The notes: generated by a model from the sequence alone, not told the origin. A stretch of DNA of 64,000 nucleotides from Lytechinus pictus (GCF_037042905.1 NC_087248.1:9672001-9736000), one strand, 5' to 3'. Counted from the first letter of the stretch, positions 50,310 to 63,395 are shown. A program made the numbers and translations.

Positions 50310-50708
50310 ATGTTTACCATTTTCATGAAAGTCATCATACAAGCCTTTTTACGATTTTGACATCTAAATGTAATCTACATTTTATTTACGCAATGCAAAA
50401 CTTTCAAATGCCTTATCTTTTTCGATATCGAATCTTGATGAATGTTCGTATATTTCATTCTAAAAATTCGGCTCAACTCATTATTTAAAACATGATAATT
50501 ATTACTGGAGATTTAATAATTGAGATGCTCTGTATTTAATGTTTCATGAACAAAATTTGTTCTTTCATGAAACAATATCTCTATCTTAGATTTGTAGGTA
50601 AATTTTGCGATGAAATATAAAAAAACTAAGAAAATGTGAACTAATAATCAAGGACATCATTAGATCACTTATTAGAATTTGAGTCATGTTGATACACAAC
50701 TATCTCAA

Positions 50709-50781
50709 GCCCGGTTAGTTCAGTCGGTAGAGCATCATACTTTTAATCTGAGGGTCGCGGTTTCGAGTCCCTCATCGGGCG
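50709..50781 (+). pseudogene. Probable tRNA-Lys(TTT) pseudogene, C11>T G30>T G53>T
   Basis: Anticodon-stem and B-box/T-stem lesions. Confidence 0.65.
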
Positions 50782-51198
50782 ATGGTTAGTATTTTTTTCT
50801 TTACGAAGAGCATGCTAGAACTTTGAAAGCCTTTTGAATTTTTTGACATCTAAACATAGTCATTATTAATTTTGAGCTTTCTTATTCCAAAAACTCTATT
50901 AATTAGCCTCAACTTTTGTATACGAAATGTTTAAAGCATTATAAAAATGAAATACCAAATAATTCACATTAATGTATATAGAATTTATAATTGAGAAGAT
51001 CTTTGTTGAATGACAAGTCTAAACGAATACATGCAATTTCTATTGTTTATAGAAGAGTTAAAACATGTTTTGATTATCGATAGTATTTGAGATGAAATGT
51101 TTCAAAACATTAAGAGTTTGTGAACTAATTACTTAATGACACAATCGGCTCACTTATCTGAATTCGATCCAGTTAAAATGTATACATATCTACAACAA

Positions 51199-51271
51199 GC
51201 CCGGTTAGCTCAGTCGGTAGAGCATCAGACTTTTAATCTGAGGGTCGCGGGTTCGAGTCCCTCATCGGGCG
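51199..51271 (+). tRNA. trnK: tRNA-Lys(TTT)
   Basis: Array consensus. Confidence 0.92.
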
Positions 51272-51653
51272 ATGGTTACCATTTTCATGAAAGTCATGAT
51301 ACAAGCCTTTTACGTTTTTGACATCTAAATCTAATCTACATTTTATTTATAAAATGCAAAACTTTCAAATGCCTTATCTTTTTCGATATAAAATCATGAT
51401 GAAAATAATGTTCATATAATTCATTCTAAGAATTCGCCTCAACTCATTATTTGAATTATGATAGTTATTATTTGAGATTTAATGGCTGAGAGGCTCTTTA
51501 TTTAATATTCCATGAGCAAATTTTATTTTTTATGAATCAATCGATCGCTATTTTAGATTTCATATGTAAGTTTTGCGATTAAATAAAAAAAAAGTGAGAA
51601 CTCATTACCTCACTAATTAGAATTTGAGTCATGTTAATACATTACTTACTCAT

Positions 51654-51726
51654 ACCCGGTTAGCTCAGTTCGTAGAGCATCAGACTCTTAATCTGAGGGT
51701 CGCGGGTTCGAGTCCCTCATCGGGCG
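51654..51726 (+). tRNA. trnK: tRNA-Lys(CTT), G1>A C17>T G18>C (possible pseudogene)
   Basis: D-loop GG lost. Confidence 0.55.
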
Positions 51727-52107
51727 ATGTTTACCATTTTCATGAAAGTCATGATACAAGCCTTTTACGTTTTTGACATCTAAATGTAATCTACATTTTT
51801 TTACGCAATGCAAAAATTTTCAAATGCCTTATCTTTTTCGATATCGAATCTTGATAAATGTTTGTATATTTCATTCTCAAAATTCGGCTCAACTCATTAT
51901 TTAAAACATAATAATTATTACTGGAGATTTAATAATTGAGAGGCTCTGTATTTAATGTTCCATGAACAAAATTTGTTCTTTTATGAAACAATCTATCTCT
52001 ACCTTAGATTTGTAGGTAAATTTTGCGATGAAATATAAGACAAGAAAGTGAAAACTCATTAGCTCACTAATTAGAATTTGAGTCATGTTAATACACTACT
52101 AACTCAT

Positions 52108-52180
52108 ACCCGGTTAGCTCAGTTGGTAGAGCATCAGACTCTTAATCTGAGGGTCGCGGGTTCGAGTCCCTCATCGGGTG
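52108..52180 (+). tRNA. trnK: tRNA-Lys(CTT), A1-T72 pair, C17>T
   Basis: Compensated acceptor stem. Confidence 0.82.
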
Positions 52181-52561
52181 ATGTTTACCATTTTTATGAA
52201 AGTCATGATACAAGCCTTTTACGTTTTTGACATCTAAATGTAATCTACATTTTCTTACGCAATGCAAACATTTTCAAATGCCTTATCTTTTTCGATATCG
52301 AATCTTGATAAATGTTTGTATATTTCATTCTCAAAATTCGGCTCAACTCATTATTTAAAACATAATAATTATTACTGGAGATTTAATAATTGAGAGGCTC
52401 TGTATTTAATGTTCCATGAACAAAATTTGTTCTTTTATGAAACAATCTATCTCTACCTTAGATTTGTAGGTAAATTTTGCGATGAAATATAAGAAAAGAA
52501 AGTGAAAACTCATTAGCTCACTAATTAGAATTTGAGTCATGTTAATACACTTCTAACTCAT

Positions 52562-52634
52562 ACCCGGTAAGCTCAGTCGGTAGAGCATCAGACTTTTAAT
52601 CTGAGGGTCGCGGGTTCGAGTCCCTCATCGGGCG
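52562..52634 (+). tRNA. trnK: tRNA-Lys(TTT), G1>A T8>A (possible pseudogene)
   Basis: Array copy. Confidence 0.6.
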
Positions 52635-53051
52635 ATGGTTAGTATTTTTTTTCATTACGAAGAGCATGCTAGAATTTTGAAAGCCTTTTGAGTTTTTGAC
52701 ATCTAAACATAGTCATTATAAATTTTGAGCTTTCTAATTGCAAAAACTTTATTAATTAGCCTCAACTTTTGTATTTGAAATGTTTAAAGCATTATAAAAA
52801 TGAAATACCAAATAATTCACATTAATGTATAAAGAATTTATAATTAAGAAGATCTTTGTTGAATGACAAGTCTAAACGAATACATGCAATTTTTATTGTT
52901 CATAGAAGAGTTAAAACATGTTTTGATTATCGATAGTATTTCAGATGAAATATTTCAAAACATTAAGAGTTTGTGAACAAATTACTTAATGACATAATCG
53001 GCTCACTTATCTGAATTTGATCCAGTTAAAATGTATACATATCTACAACAA

Positions 53052-53124
53052 GCCCGGTTAGCTCAGTCGGTAGAGCATCAGACTTTTAATCTGAGGGTCG
53101 CGGGTTCAAGTCCCTCATCGGGCG
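53052..53124 (+). tRNA. trnK: tRNA-Lys(TTT), G57>A
   Basis: Array copy. Confidence 0.9.
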
Positions 53125-53518
53125 ATGGTTACCATTTTCATGAAAGTTATGATACAGGCCTCTTACGTTTTTGACATCTAAATCTAATCTAAATCTAATC
53201 TACATTTCATTTATACAATGTAAAATTTTCAAATGCCTTTTCTTTTTCGATATCTAATCATGATATAAAAATAATGTTCATATAATTCATTCTAAGAATT
53301 CGCCTCAACTCATTATTTGAATTATGATAGTTATTATTTGAGATTTAATGGCTGAGAGGCTCTTTATTTAATATTCCATGAGCAAATTTTATTTTTTATG
53401 AATCAATCGATCGCTATTTTAGATTTCATATGTAAGTTTTGCGATTAAATAAAAAAAAGTGAGAACTCATTACCTCACTAATTAGAATTTGAGTCATGTT
53501 AATACATTACTTACTCAT

Positions 53519-53591
53519 ACCCGGTTAGCTCAGTTCGTAGAGCATCAGACTCTTAATCTGAGGGTCGCGGGTTCGAGTCCCTCATCGGGCG
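53519..53591 (+). tRNA. trnK: tRNA-Lys(CTT), G1>A C17>T G18>C (possible pseudogene)
   Basis: 1865-bp HOR copy. Confidence 0.55.
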
Positions 53592-53972
53592 ATGTTTACC
53601 ATTTTCATGAAAGTCATGATACAAGCCTTTTACGTTTTTGACATCTAAATGTAATCTACATTTTTTTACGCAATGCAAAAATTTTCAAATGCCTTATCTT
53701 TTTCGATATCGAATCTTGATAAATGTTTGTATATTTCATTCTCAAAATTCGGCTCAACTCATTATTTAAAACATAATAATTATTACTGGAGATTTAATAA
53801 TTGAGAGGCTCTGTATTTAATGTTCCATGAACAAAATTTGTTCTTTTATGAAACAATCTATCTCTACCTTAGATTTGTAGGTAAATTTTGCGATGAAATA
53901 TAAGACAAGAAAGTGAAAACTCATTAGCTCACTAATTAGAATTTGAGTCATGTTAATACACTACTAACTCAT

Positions 53973-54045
53973 ACCCGGTTAGCTCAGTTGGTAGAGCATC
54001 AGACTCTTAATCTGAGGGTCGCGGGTTCGAGTCCCTCATCGGGTG
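53973..54045 (+). tRNA. trnK: tRNA-Lys(CTT), A1-T72 pair, C17>T
   Basis: HOR copy. Confidence 0.82.
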
Positions 54046-54426
54046 ATGTTTACCATTTTTATGAAAGTCATGATACAAGCCTTTTACGTTTTTGACATCT
54101 AAATGTAATCTACATTTTCTTACGCAATGCAAACATTTTCAAATGCCTTATCTTTTTCGATATCGAATCTTGATAAATGTTTGTATATTTCATTCTCAAA
54201 ATTCGGCTCAACTCATTATTTAAAACATAATAATTATTACTGGAGATTTAATAATTGAGAGGCTCTGTATTTAATGTTCCATGAACAAAATTTGTTCTTT
54301 TATGAAACAATCTATCTCTACCTTAGATTTGTAGGTAAATTTTGCGATGAAATATAAGAAAAGAAAGTGAAAACTCATTAGCTCACTAATTAGAATTTGA
54401 GTCATGTTAATACACTTCTAACTCAT

Positions 54427-54499
54427 ACCCGGTAAGCTCAGTCGGTAGAGCATCAGACTTTTAATCTGAGGGTCGCGGGTTCGAGTCCCTCATCGGGCG
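54427..54499 (+). tRNA. trnK: tRNA-Lys(TTT), G1>A T8>A (possible pseudogene)
   Basis: HOR copy. Confidence 0.6.
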
Positions 54500-54916
54500 A
54501 TGGTTAGTATTTTTTTTCATTACGAAGAGCATGCTAGAATTTTGAAAGCCTTTTGAGTTTTTGACATCTAAACATAGTCATTATAAATTTTGAGCTTTCT
54601 AATTGCAAAAACTTTATTAATTAGCCTCAACTTTTGTATTTGAAATGTTTAAAGCATTATAAAAATGAAATACCAAATAATTCACATTAATGTATAAAGA
54701 ATTTATAATTAAGAAGATCTTTGTTGAATGACAAGTCTAAACGAATACATGCAATTTTTATTGTTCATAGAAGAGTTAAAACATGTTTTGATTATCGATA
54801 GTATTTCAGATGAAATATTTCAAAACATTAAGAGTTTGTGAACAAATTTCTTAATGACATAATCGGCTCACTTATCTGAATTTGATCCAGTTAAAATGTA
54901 TACATATCTACAACAA

Positions 54917-54989
54917 GCCCGGTTAGCTCAGTCGGTAGAGCATCAGACTTTTAATCTGAGGGTCGCGGGTTCAAGTCCCTCATCGGGCG
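54917..54989 (+). tRNA. trnK: tRNA-Lys(TTT), G57>A
   Basis: HOR copy. Confidence 0.9.
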
Positions 54990-55383
54990 ATGGTTACCAT
55001 TTTCATGAAAGTTATGATACAGGCCTCTTACGTTTTTGACATCTAAATCTAATCTAAATCTAATCTACATTTCATTTATACAATGTAAAATTTTCAAATG
55101 CCTTTTCTTTTTCGATATCTAATCATGATATAAAAATAATGTTCATATAATTCATTCTAAGAATTCGCCTCAACTCATTATTTGAATTATGATAGTTATT
55201 ATTTGAGATTTAATGGCTGAGAGGCTCTTTATTTAATATTCCATGAGCAAATTTTATTTTTTATGAATCAATCGATCGCTATTTTAGATTTCATATGTAA
55301 GTTTTGCGATTAAATAAAAAAAAGTGAGAACTCATTACCTCACTAATTAGAATTTGAGTCATGTTAATACATTACTTACTCAT

Positions 55384-55456
55384 ACCCGGTTAGCTCAGTT
55401 CGTAGAGCATCAGACTCTTAATCTGAGGGTCGCGGGTTCGAGTCCCTCATCGGGCG
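55384..55456 (+). tRNA. trnK: tRNA-Lys(CTT), G1>A C17>T G18>C (possible pseudogene)
   Basis: HOR copy. Confidence 0.55.
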
Positions 55457-55837
55457 ATGTTTACCATTTTCATGAAAGTCATGATACAAGCCTTTTACGT
55501 TTTTGACATCTAAATGTAATCTACATGTTTTTACGCAATGCAAACATTTTCAAATGCCTTATCTTTTTCGATATCGAATCTTGATAAATGTTTGTATATT
55601 TCATTCTCAAAATTCGGCTCAACTCATTATTTAAAACATAATAATTATTACTGGAGATTTAATAATTGAGAGGCTCTGTATTTAATGTTCCATGAACAAA
55701 ATTTGTTCTTTTATGAAACAATCTATCTCTACCTTAGATTTGTAGGTAAATTTTGCGATGAAATATAAGAAAAGAAAGTGAAAACTCATTAGCTCACTAA
55801 TTAGAATTTGAGTCATGTTAATACACTACTAACTCAT

Positions 55838-55910
55838 ACCCGGTTAGCTCAGTTGGTAGAGCATCAGACTCTTAATCTGAGGGTCGCAGGTTCGAGTCCC
55901 TCATCGGGCG
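55838..55910 (+). tRNA. trnK: tRNA-Lys(CTT), G1>A C17>T G51>A (possible pseudogene)
   Basis: Array copy. Confidence 0.6.
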
Positions 55911-56291
55911 ATGTTTACCATTTTCATGAAAGTCATTCTACAAGCCTTTTACGTTTTTGACATCTAAATGTAATCTACATTTTTTTACGCAATGCAAACA
56001 TTTTCAAATGCCTTATCTTTTTCGATATCGAATCTTGATAAATGTTTGTATATTTCATTCTCAAAATTCGGCTCAACTCATTATTTAAAACATAATAATT
56101 ATTACTGGAGATTTAATAATTGAGAGGCTCTGTATTTAATGTTCCATGAACAAAATTTGTTCTTTTATGAAACAATCTATCTCTACCTTAGATTTGTAGG
56201 TAAATTTTGCGATGAAATATAAGAAAAGAAAGTGAAAACTCATTAGCTCACGAATTAGAATTTGAGTCATGTTAATATACAACTAACGCAT

Positions 56292-56364
56292 GCCCGGTAA
56301 GCTCAGTCGGTAGAGCATCAGACTTTTAATCTGAGGGTCGCGGGTTCGAGTCCCTCATCGGGCG
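56292..56364 (+). tRNA. trnK: tRNA-Lys(TTT), T8>A
   Basis: Array copy. Confidence 0.7.
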
Positions 56365-56742
56365 ATGTTTACCATTTTCATGAAAGTCATGATACAAGTC
56401 TTTTACGTTTTGGACATCTAAATGTAATCTACATTTTATTTACGCAATGTATAACTTTCAAATGCCTTATCTTTTTCGATATCGAATCTTGATAAATGTT
56501 TGTATATTTTATTCTAAAAATTCGGCTCAACTCATTATTTAAAACATAATAATTATTACTGGAGATTTAATAATTGATAGGCTCTGTATTTAATATTCCA
56601 TGAACAAAATTTGTTCTTTTATGAATGAATCGATCGCTGTTGTAGATTTCATATGTAAGTTTTGCGATTAATATAAAAAAAAGTGAGAACTCATTACCTC
56701 ACTAATTAGAATTTGAGTCATGTTAATACACAACTAACTCAA

Positions 56743-56815
56743 GCCCGGTTAGCTCAGTCGGTAGAGCATCAGACTCTTAATCTGAGGGTCGCGGGTTCGA
56801 GTCCCTCATCGGGCG
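56743..56815 (+). tRNA. trnK: tRNA-Lys(CTT)
   Basis: Consensus body, CTT anticodon. Confidence 0.9.
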
Positions 56816-57214
56816 ATGTTTACCATTTTCATGAAAGTCATCATACAAGCCTTTTTACGATTTTGACATCTAAATGTAATCTACATTTTATTTACGCAAT
56901 GCAAAATTTTCAAACGCCTTATCTTTTTCGATATCGAATCTTGATGAATGTTCGTATATTTCATTCTAAAAATTCGGCTCAACTCATTATTTAAAACATG
57001 ATAATTATTACTGGAGATTTAATAATTGAGACGCTCTGTATTTAATGTTTCATGAACAAAATTTGTTCTTTCATGAAACAATATCTCTATCTTAGATTTG
57101 TAGGTAGATTTTGCGATGAAATATAAAAAAAGTAAGAAAATGTGAACTAATAATCAAGGACATCATTAGATCACTTATTAAAATTTGAGTCATGTTGATA
57201 CACAACTATCTCAA

Positions 57215-57287
57215 GCCCGGTTAGCTCAGTCGGTAGAGCATCAGACTTTTAATCTGAGGGTCGCGGTTTCGAGTCCCTCATCGGGCG
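57215..57287 (+). tRNA. trnK: tRNA-Lys(TTT), G53>T (possible pseudogene)
   Basis: B-box/T-stem lesion. Confidence 0.6.
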
Positions 57288-57704
57288 ATGGTTAGTATTT
57301 TTTTCTTTACGAAGAGCATGCTAGAACTTTGAAAGCCTTTTGAATTTGTTGACATCTAAACATAGTCATTATTAATTTTGAGCTTTCTTATTCCAAAAAC
57401 TCTATTAATTAGCCTCAACTTTTGTATACGAAATGTTTAAAGCATTATAAAAATGAAATACCAAATAATTCACATTAATGTATATAGAATTTATAATTGA
57501 GAAGATCTTTGTTGAATGACAAGTCTAAATAAATACATGCAATTTCTATTGTTCATAGAAGAGTTAAAACATGTTTTGATTATCGATAGTATATGAGATG
57601 AAATGTTTCAAAACATTTAGAGTTTGTGAACTAATTTATTAATGACATAATCGGCTCACTTATCTGAATTCGATCCAGTTAAAATGTATAAATATCTCCA
57701 ACAA

Positions 57705-57777
57705 GCCCGGTTAGCTCAGTCGGTAGAGCATCAGACTTTTAATCTGAGGGTCGCGGGTTCGAGTCCCTCATCGGGCA
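57705..57777 (+). tRNA. trnK: tRNA-Lys(TTT), G73>A
   Basis: Discriminator variant. Confidence 0.88.
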
Positions 57778-58164
57778 ATGGTTACCATTTTCATGAAAGT
57801 TATGATACAAGCATTTTACGTTTTTGACATCTAAATCTAATCTTCATTTCATTTATAAAATGTAAAACTTTCAATACCTTATCTTTTTCGATATCAAATC
57901 TTGATGAAAATAATGTTCATATATTTCATTCTAAGAATTCGCCTTAACTCATTATTTGAATTATGATAGTTATTGTTTGAGATTTAATGACTGAGAGGCT
58001 CTTTATTTAATGTTCCATGAACAAATTTCATTTTTTATGAATCAATCGATCGCTATTTTAAATTTCATATGTAAGTTTTGCGATTAAATTAAAAAAAAAG
58101 TGATAATTCATTAGCTCACTTGACTAATTAGAATTTGAGTCATGTTAATACACAACTAACTCAA

Positions 58165-58237
58165 GCCCGGTTAGCTCAGTCGGTAGAGCATCAGACTCTT
58201 AATCTGAGGGTCGCGGGTTCAAGTCCCTCATCGGGCG
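58165..58237 (+). tRNA. trnK: tRNA-Lys(CTT), G57>A
   Basis: Loop CTCTTAA. Confidence 0.88.
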
Positions 58238-58639
58238 ATGGTTACCATTTTCATGAAAGTCATGATTCAAGCCTTTTAAGTTTTTGACATCTAAATGTAA
58301 TCTACATTTTATTTACGCAATGCAAAACTTTCAAATGCCTTATCTTTTTCGATATCGAATCTTGATTAATGTTTGTATATTTCATTCTAAAAATTCGGCT
58401 CAACTCATTATGTAAAACATAATAATTATTACTGGAGATTTAATAATTGAGAGGCTCTGTATTTAATGTTCCATGAACAAAATTTGTTCTTTCATGAAAC
58501 AATCTATCTCTATCTTAGATTTGTAGGTAAATTTTGCGATGAAATATAAAAAAAACTAAGAAAATGTGAACTAAATAATCAAGGACATCCTTAGATCACT
58601 TATTAGAATTTGAGTCATGTTGATACACAACTATCTGAA

Positions 58640-58712
58640 GCCCGGTTAGTTCAGTCGGTAGAGCATCAGACTTTTAAGCTGAGGGTCGCAGGTTCGAGTC
58701 CCTCATCGGGCG
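58640..58712 (+). tRNA. trnK: tRNA-Lys(TTT), C11>T T39>G G51>A (possible pseudogene)
   Basis: Array copy. Confidence 0.6.
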
Positions 58713-59128
58713 ATGGTTAGTATTTTTTCAGTACGAAGAGCATGCTAGAACTTTGAAAGCCTTTTGAATTTGTTGACATCTAAACATAGTCATTATTAAT
58801 TTTGAGCTTTCTTATTCCAAAAACTCTATTAATTAGCCTCAACTTTTGTATACGAAATGTTTAAAGCATTATAAAAATGAAATACCAAATAATTCACATT
58901 AATGTATATAGAATTTATAATTGAGAAGATCTTTGTTGAATGACAAGTCTAAATAAATACATGCAATTTCTATTGTTCATAGAAGAGTTAAAACATGTTT
59001 TGATTATCGATAGTATATGAGATGAAATGTTTCAAAACATTTAGAGTTTGTGAACTAATTTATTAATGACATAATCGGCTCACTTATCTGAATTCGATCC
59101 AGTTAAAATGTATAAATATCTCCAACAA

Positions 59129-59201
59129 GCCCGGTTAGCTCAGTCGGTAGAGCATCAGACTTTTAATCTGAGGGTCGCGGGTTCGAGTCCCTCATCGGGC
59201 A
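59129..59201 (+). tRNA. trnK: tRNA-Lys(TTT), G73>A
   Basis: HOR copy. Confidence 0.88.
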
Positions 59202-59589
59202 ATGGTTACCATTTTCATGAAAGTTATGATACAAGCATTTTACGTTTTTGACATCTAAATCTAATCTTCATTTCATTTATAAAATGTAAAACTTTCAAAT
59301 ACCTTATCTTTTTCGATATCAAATCTTGATGAAAATAATGTTCATATATTTCATTCTAAGAATTCGCCTTAACTCATTATTTGAATTATGATAGTTATTG
59401 TTTGAGATTTAATGACTGAGAGGCTCTTTATTTAATGTTCCATGAACAAATTTCATTTTTTATGAATCAATCGATCGCTATTTTAAATTTCATATGTAAG
59501 TTTTGCGATTAAATTAAAAAAAAAGTGATAATTCATTAGCTCACTTGACTAATTAGAATTTGAGTCATGTTAATACACAACTAACTCAA

Positions 59590-59662
59590 GCCCGGTTAGC
59601 TCAGTCGGTAGAGCATCAGACTCTTAATCTGAGGGTCGCGGGTTCAAGTCCCTCATCGGGCG
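59590..59662 (+). tRNA. trnK: tRNA-Lys(CTT), G57>A
   Basis: HOR copy. Confidence 0.88.
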
Positions 59663-60064
59663 ATGGTTACCATTTTCATGAAAGTCATGATTCAAGCCTT
59701 TTAAGTTTTTGACATCTAAATGTAATCTACATTTTATTTACACAATGCAAAACTTTCAAATGCCTTATCTTTTTCGATATCGAATCTTGATTAATGTTTG
59801 TATATTTCATTCTAAAAATTCGGCTCAACTCATTATGTAAAACATAATAATTATTACTGGAGATTTAATAATTGAGAGGCTCTGTATTTAATGTTCCATG
59901 AACAAAATTTGTTCTTTCATGAAACAATCTATCTCTATCTTAGATTTGTAGGTAAATTTTGCGATGAAATATAAAAAAAACTAAGAAAATGTGAACTAAA
60001 TAATCAAGGACATCCTTAGATCACTTATTAGAATTTGAGTCATGTTGATACACAACTATCTGAA

Positions 60065-60137
60065 GCCCGGTTAGTTCAGTCGGTAGAGCATCAGACTTTT
60101 AAGCTGAGGGTCGCAGGTTCGAGTCCCTCATCGGGCG
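60065..60137 (+). tRNA. trnK: tRNA-Lys(TTT), C11>T T39>G G51>A (possible pseudogene)
   Basis: HOR copy. Confidence 0.6.
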
Positions 60138-60552
60138 ATGGTTAGTATTTTTTCAGTACGAAGAGCATGCTAGAACTTTGAAAGCCTTTTGAGTTTTTGA
60201 CATCTAAACATAGTCATTATAAATGTTGAGCTTTCTTATTGCAAAAACTCTAATAATTAGCCTCAACTTTTGTATACGAAATGTTTAAAACATTATAAAA
60301 ATGAAATACCAAATAATTAACATTAATGTATATAGAATTTATAATTGAGAAGATCTTTGTTGAATGACAAGTCTAAATAAATGCATGCAATTTCTATTGT
60401 TCATAGAAGAGTTAAAACATGTTTTGATTATCGATAGTATTTGAGATGAAATGTTTCAAAACATGAAGAGTTTGTGAACTAATTTATTAATGACATAATC
60501 GGCTCACTTATCTGAATTCGATCCAGTTAAAATGTATAAATATCTCCAACAA

Positions 60553-60625
60553 GCCCGGTTAGCTCAGTCGGTAGAGCATCAGACTTTTAATCTGAGGGTC
60601 GCGGGTTCGAGTCCCTCATCGGGCA
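60553..60625 (+). tRNA. trnK: tRNA-Lys(TTT), G73>A
   Basis: HOR copy. Confidence 0.88.
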
Positions 60626-61011
60626 ATGGTTACCATTTTCATGAAAGTTATGATACAAGCATTTTACGTTTTTGACATCTAAATCTAATCTTCATTTCAT
60701 TTATACAATGCAAAAATTTCAAATGCCTTATCTTTTTCGACATCAAATCTTGATAAAAATAATGTTCATATATTTCATTCTAAGAATTCGCCTCAACTCA
60801 TTATTTGAATTATGATAGTTATTGTTTGAGATTTAATGACTGAGAGGCTCTTTATTTAATGTACCATGAACAAATGTTATTTTTCATGAAACAATCGATC
60901 GCTATTTTAGATTTCATAGGTAAGTTTTGCGATTAAATATAACAAAAGGAAGTGTGAACTTATTAGCTCACTAATTAGAATTTGAGTCATGTTAATACAC
61001 AACTAACGCAA

Positions 61012-61084
61012 GCCCGGTTAGCTCAGTCGGTAGAGCATCAGTCTTTTAGTCTGAGGGTCGCGGGTTCGAGTCCCTCATCGGGCG
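61012..61084 (+). tRNA. trnK: tRNA-Lys(TTT), A31>T A38>G
   Basis: tcagtcttttagtctga. Confidence 0.65.
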
Positions 61085-61503
61085 ATGTTTATCATTTTTC
61101 ATGAGAGTTATGAAACAATGCGAAATTTTCAAAGGCCTTTTACTTATTTGACGTCTAAGTCTTATCTTCATAAATTTTGAACTTTATTGTAAAAACCCTG
61201 TTAATCAGCCTCAACTTATTTGCAATACGAAGTGTTTAAAGTATTATGAATAATGAAATACCAAATAATTAACATTAATGTATAAACTTTATAATTAAGA
61301 AGCTCTTCATTGAATGACATGTCTAAACAAATACATGCAATTTCTATTGTTCATAGAAGAGTTAAACCATGCCTTAGATTATCGATAGTATTTGAGATGA
61401 AATGTTTCGAAACATTAAGAGTTTGTGAACTAATTACTTAATGACATGATCGGCTCACTTATCTGAATTCGATCCAGTTAAAATGTATACATAGCTACAA
61501 CAA

Positions 61504-61576
61504 GCCCGGTTAGCTCAGTCGGTAGAGCATCAGACTTTTAATCTGAGGGTCGCGGGTTCGAGTCCCTCATCGGGCG
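61504..61576 (+). tRNA. trnK: tRNA-Lys(TTT)
   Basis: Array consensus. Confidence 0.92.
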
Positions 61577-61973
61577 ATGGTTACCATTTTCATGAAAGTT
61601 ATGATACATACCTTTTACGTTTTTGACATCTAAATCTAATCTAAATCTAATCTACATTTCATTTATACAATGCAAATATTTCAAATGCCTTATCATTTTC
61701 GACATCAAATCTTGATAAAAATAATGTTCATACATTTCATTCTAAGAATTCGCCTCAACTCATTATTTGAATTATGATAGTTATTGTTTGAGATTTAATG
61801 ACTGAGAGGCTCATTATTTAATGTTCCATGAACAAATGTTATTTTTCATGAAACAATCGATCGCTATTTTAGATTTCATAGGTAAGTTTTGCGATTGAAT
61901 ATAACAAAAGGAAGTGTGAACTTATTAGCTCACTAATTAGAATTTGAGTCATGTTAATACACAACTAACGCAA

Positions 61974-62046
61974 GCCTGGTTAGCTCAGTCGGTAGAGCAT
62001 CAGTCTTTTAATCTGAGGGTCGCGGGTTCGAGTCCCTCATCGGGCG
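61974..62046 (+). tRNA. trnK: tRNA-Lys(TTT), C4>T A31>T
   Basis: Array copy. Confidence 0.68.
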
Positions 62047-62446
62047 ATGTTTACCATTTTTATGAAAGTCATGATACAAGCCTTTTACGTTTTTGACATC
62101 TAAATGTAATCTACATTTTATTTACGCAATGCAAAACTTTCAAATGCCTTATCTTTTTCGATATCGAATCTTGATAAATGTTTGTATATTTCATTCTAAA
62201 AATTCGGCTCAACTCATTATTTAAAACATAATAATTATTACTGGAGATTTAATAATTGAGAGGCTCTGTATTTAATGTTCCATGAACTAAATTTCTTCGT
62301 TCATGAAACAATATATCTCTATCTTAGATTTGTAGGTAAATTTTGCGATGAAATATAAAAAACCTAAGAAAATGTGAACTAATAATCAAGGACATCATTA
62401 GATCACTTATTAGAATTTGAGTCATGTTGATACACAACTATCTCAA

Positions 62447-62519
62447 GCCCGGTTAGCTCAGTCGGTAGAGCATCAGACTTTTAAGCTGAGGGTCGCAGGT
62501 TCGAGTCCCTCATCGGGCG
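62447..62519 (+). tRNA. trnK: tRNA-Lys(TTT), T39>G G51>A (possible pseudogene)
   Basis: Array copy. Confidence 0.65.
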
Positions 62520-62935
62520 ATGGTTAGTACTTTTTTCTTTACGAAGAGCATGCTAGAACTTTGAAAGCATTTTGAATTTTTGACATCTAAACTTAGTCAT
62601 GATACATTTTGAGCTTTCTTATTGCAAAAACTCTATTAATTAGCCTCAACTTTTGTATACGAAATGTTTAAAGCATTATAAAAATGAAATACCAAATAAT
62701 TAACATTTATTTATATAGAATTCATAATTGAGAAGATCTTTGTTGAATGACAAGTCTAAATAAATACTTGCAATTTCTATTGTTCATAGAAGAGTTAAAA
62801 CATGTTTTGATTATCGAAAGTATTTGAGATGAAATGTTTCAAAACATTAAGAGTTTGTGAACTAATTACTTAATGACATAATCGGCTCACTTATCTGAAT
62901 TCGATCCAGTTAAAATGTATACATATCTACAACAA

Positions 62936-63008
62936 GCCCGGTTAGCTCAGTCGGTAGAGCATCAGACTTTTAATCTGAGGGTCGCGGGTTCGAGTCCCTC
63001 ATCGGGCG
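62936..63008 (+). tRNA. trnK: tRNA-Lys(TTT)
   Basis: Array consensus. Confidence 0.92.
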
Positions 63009-63395
63009 ATGGTTGCCATTTTCATGAAAGTTATGATACAAGCCTTTTACGTTTTTGACATCTAAATCTAATCTACATTTCATTTATACAATGCAAAACT
63101 TTCAAATGCCTTATCTTTTTCGATATCAAATCTTGATGAAAATAATGTTCATATATTTCATTCTAAGAATTCGCCTCAACTCATTATTTGAATTATGATA
63201 GTTATTGTTTGAGATTTAATGACTGAGAGGCTCTTTATTTAATGTTCCATGAACAAATTTCATTTTTCATGAAACAAGCGATCGCTATTTTAGATTTCAT
63301 AGGTAAGTTTTGCGATTAAATGATAAAAAAAGGAAGTGTGAACTTATTAGCTCACTAATTAGAATTTGAGTCATGTTAATACACAACTAACGCAA

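Noticed and set aside
50207-56994. ORFs 50207..50488, 51136..51321, 56713..56994 (and 28830..29012)
   Set aside because: Chance read-through of tRNA genes and spacers; duplicated only because of the array structure.
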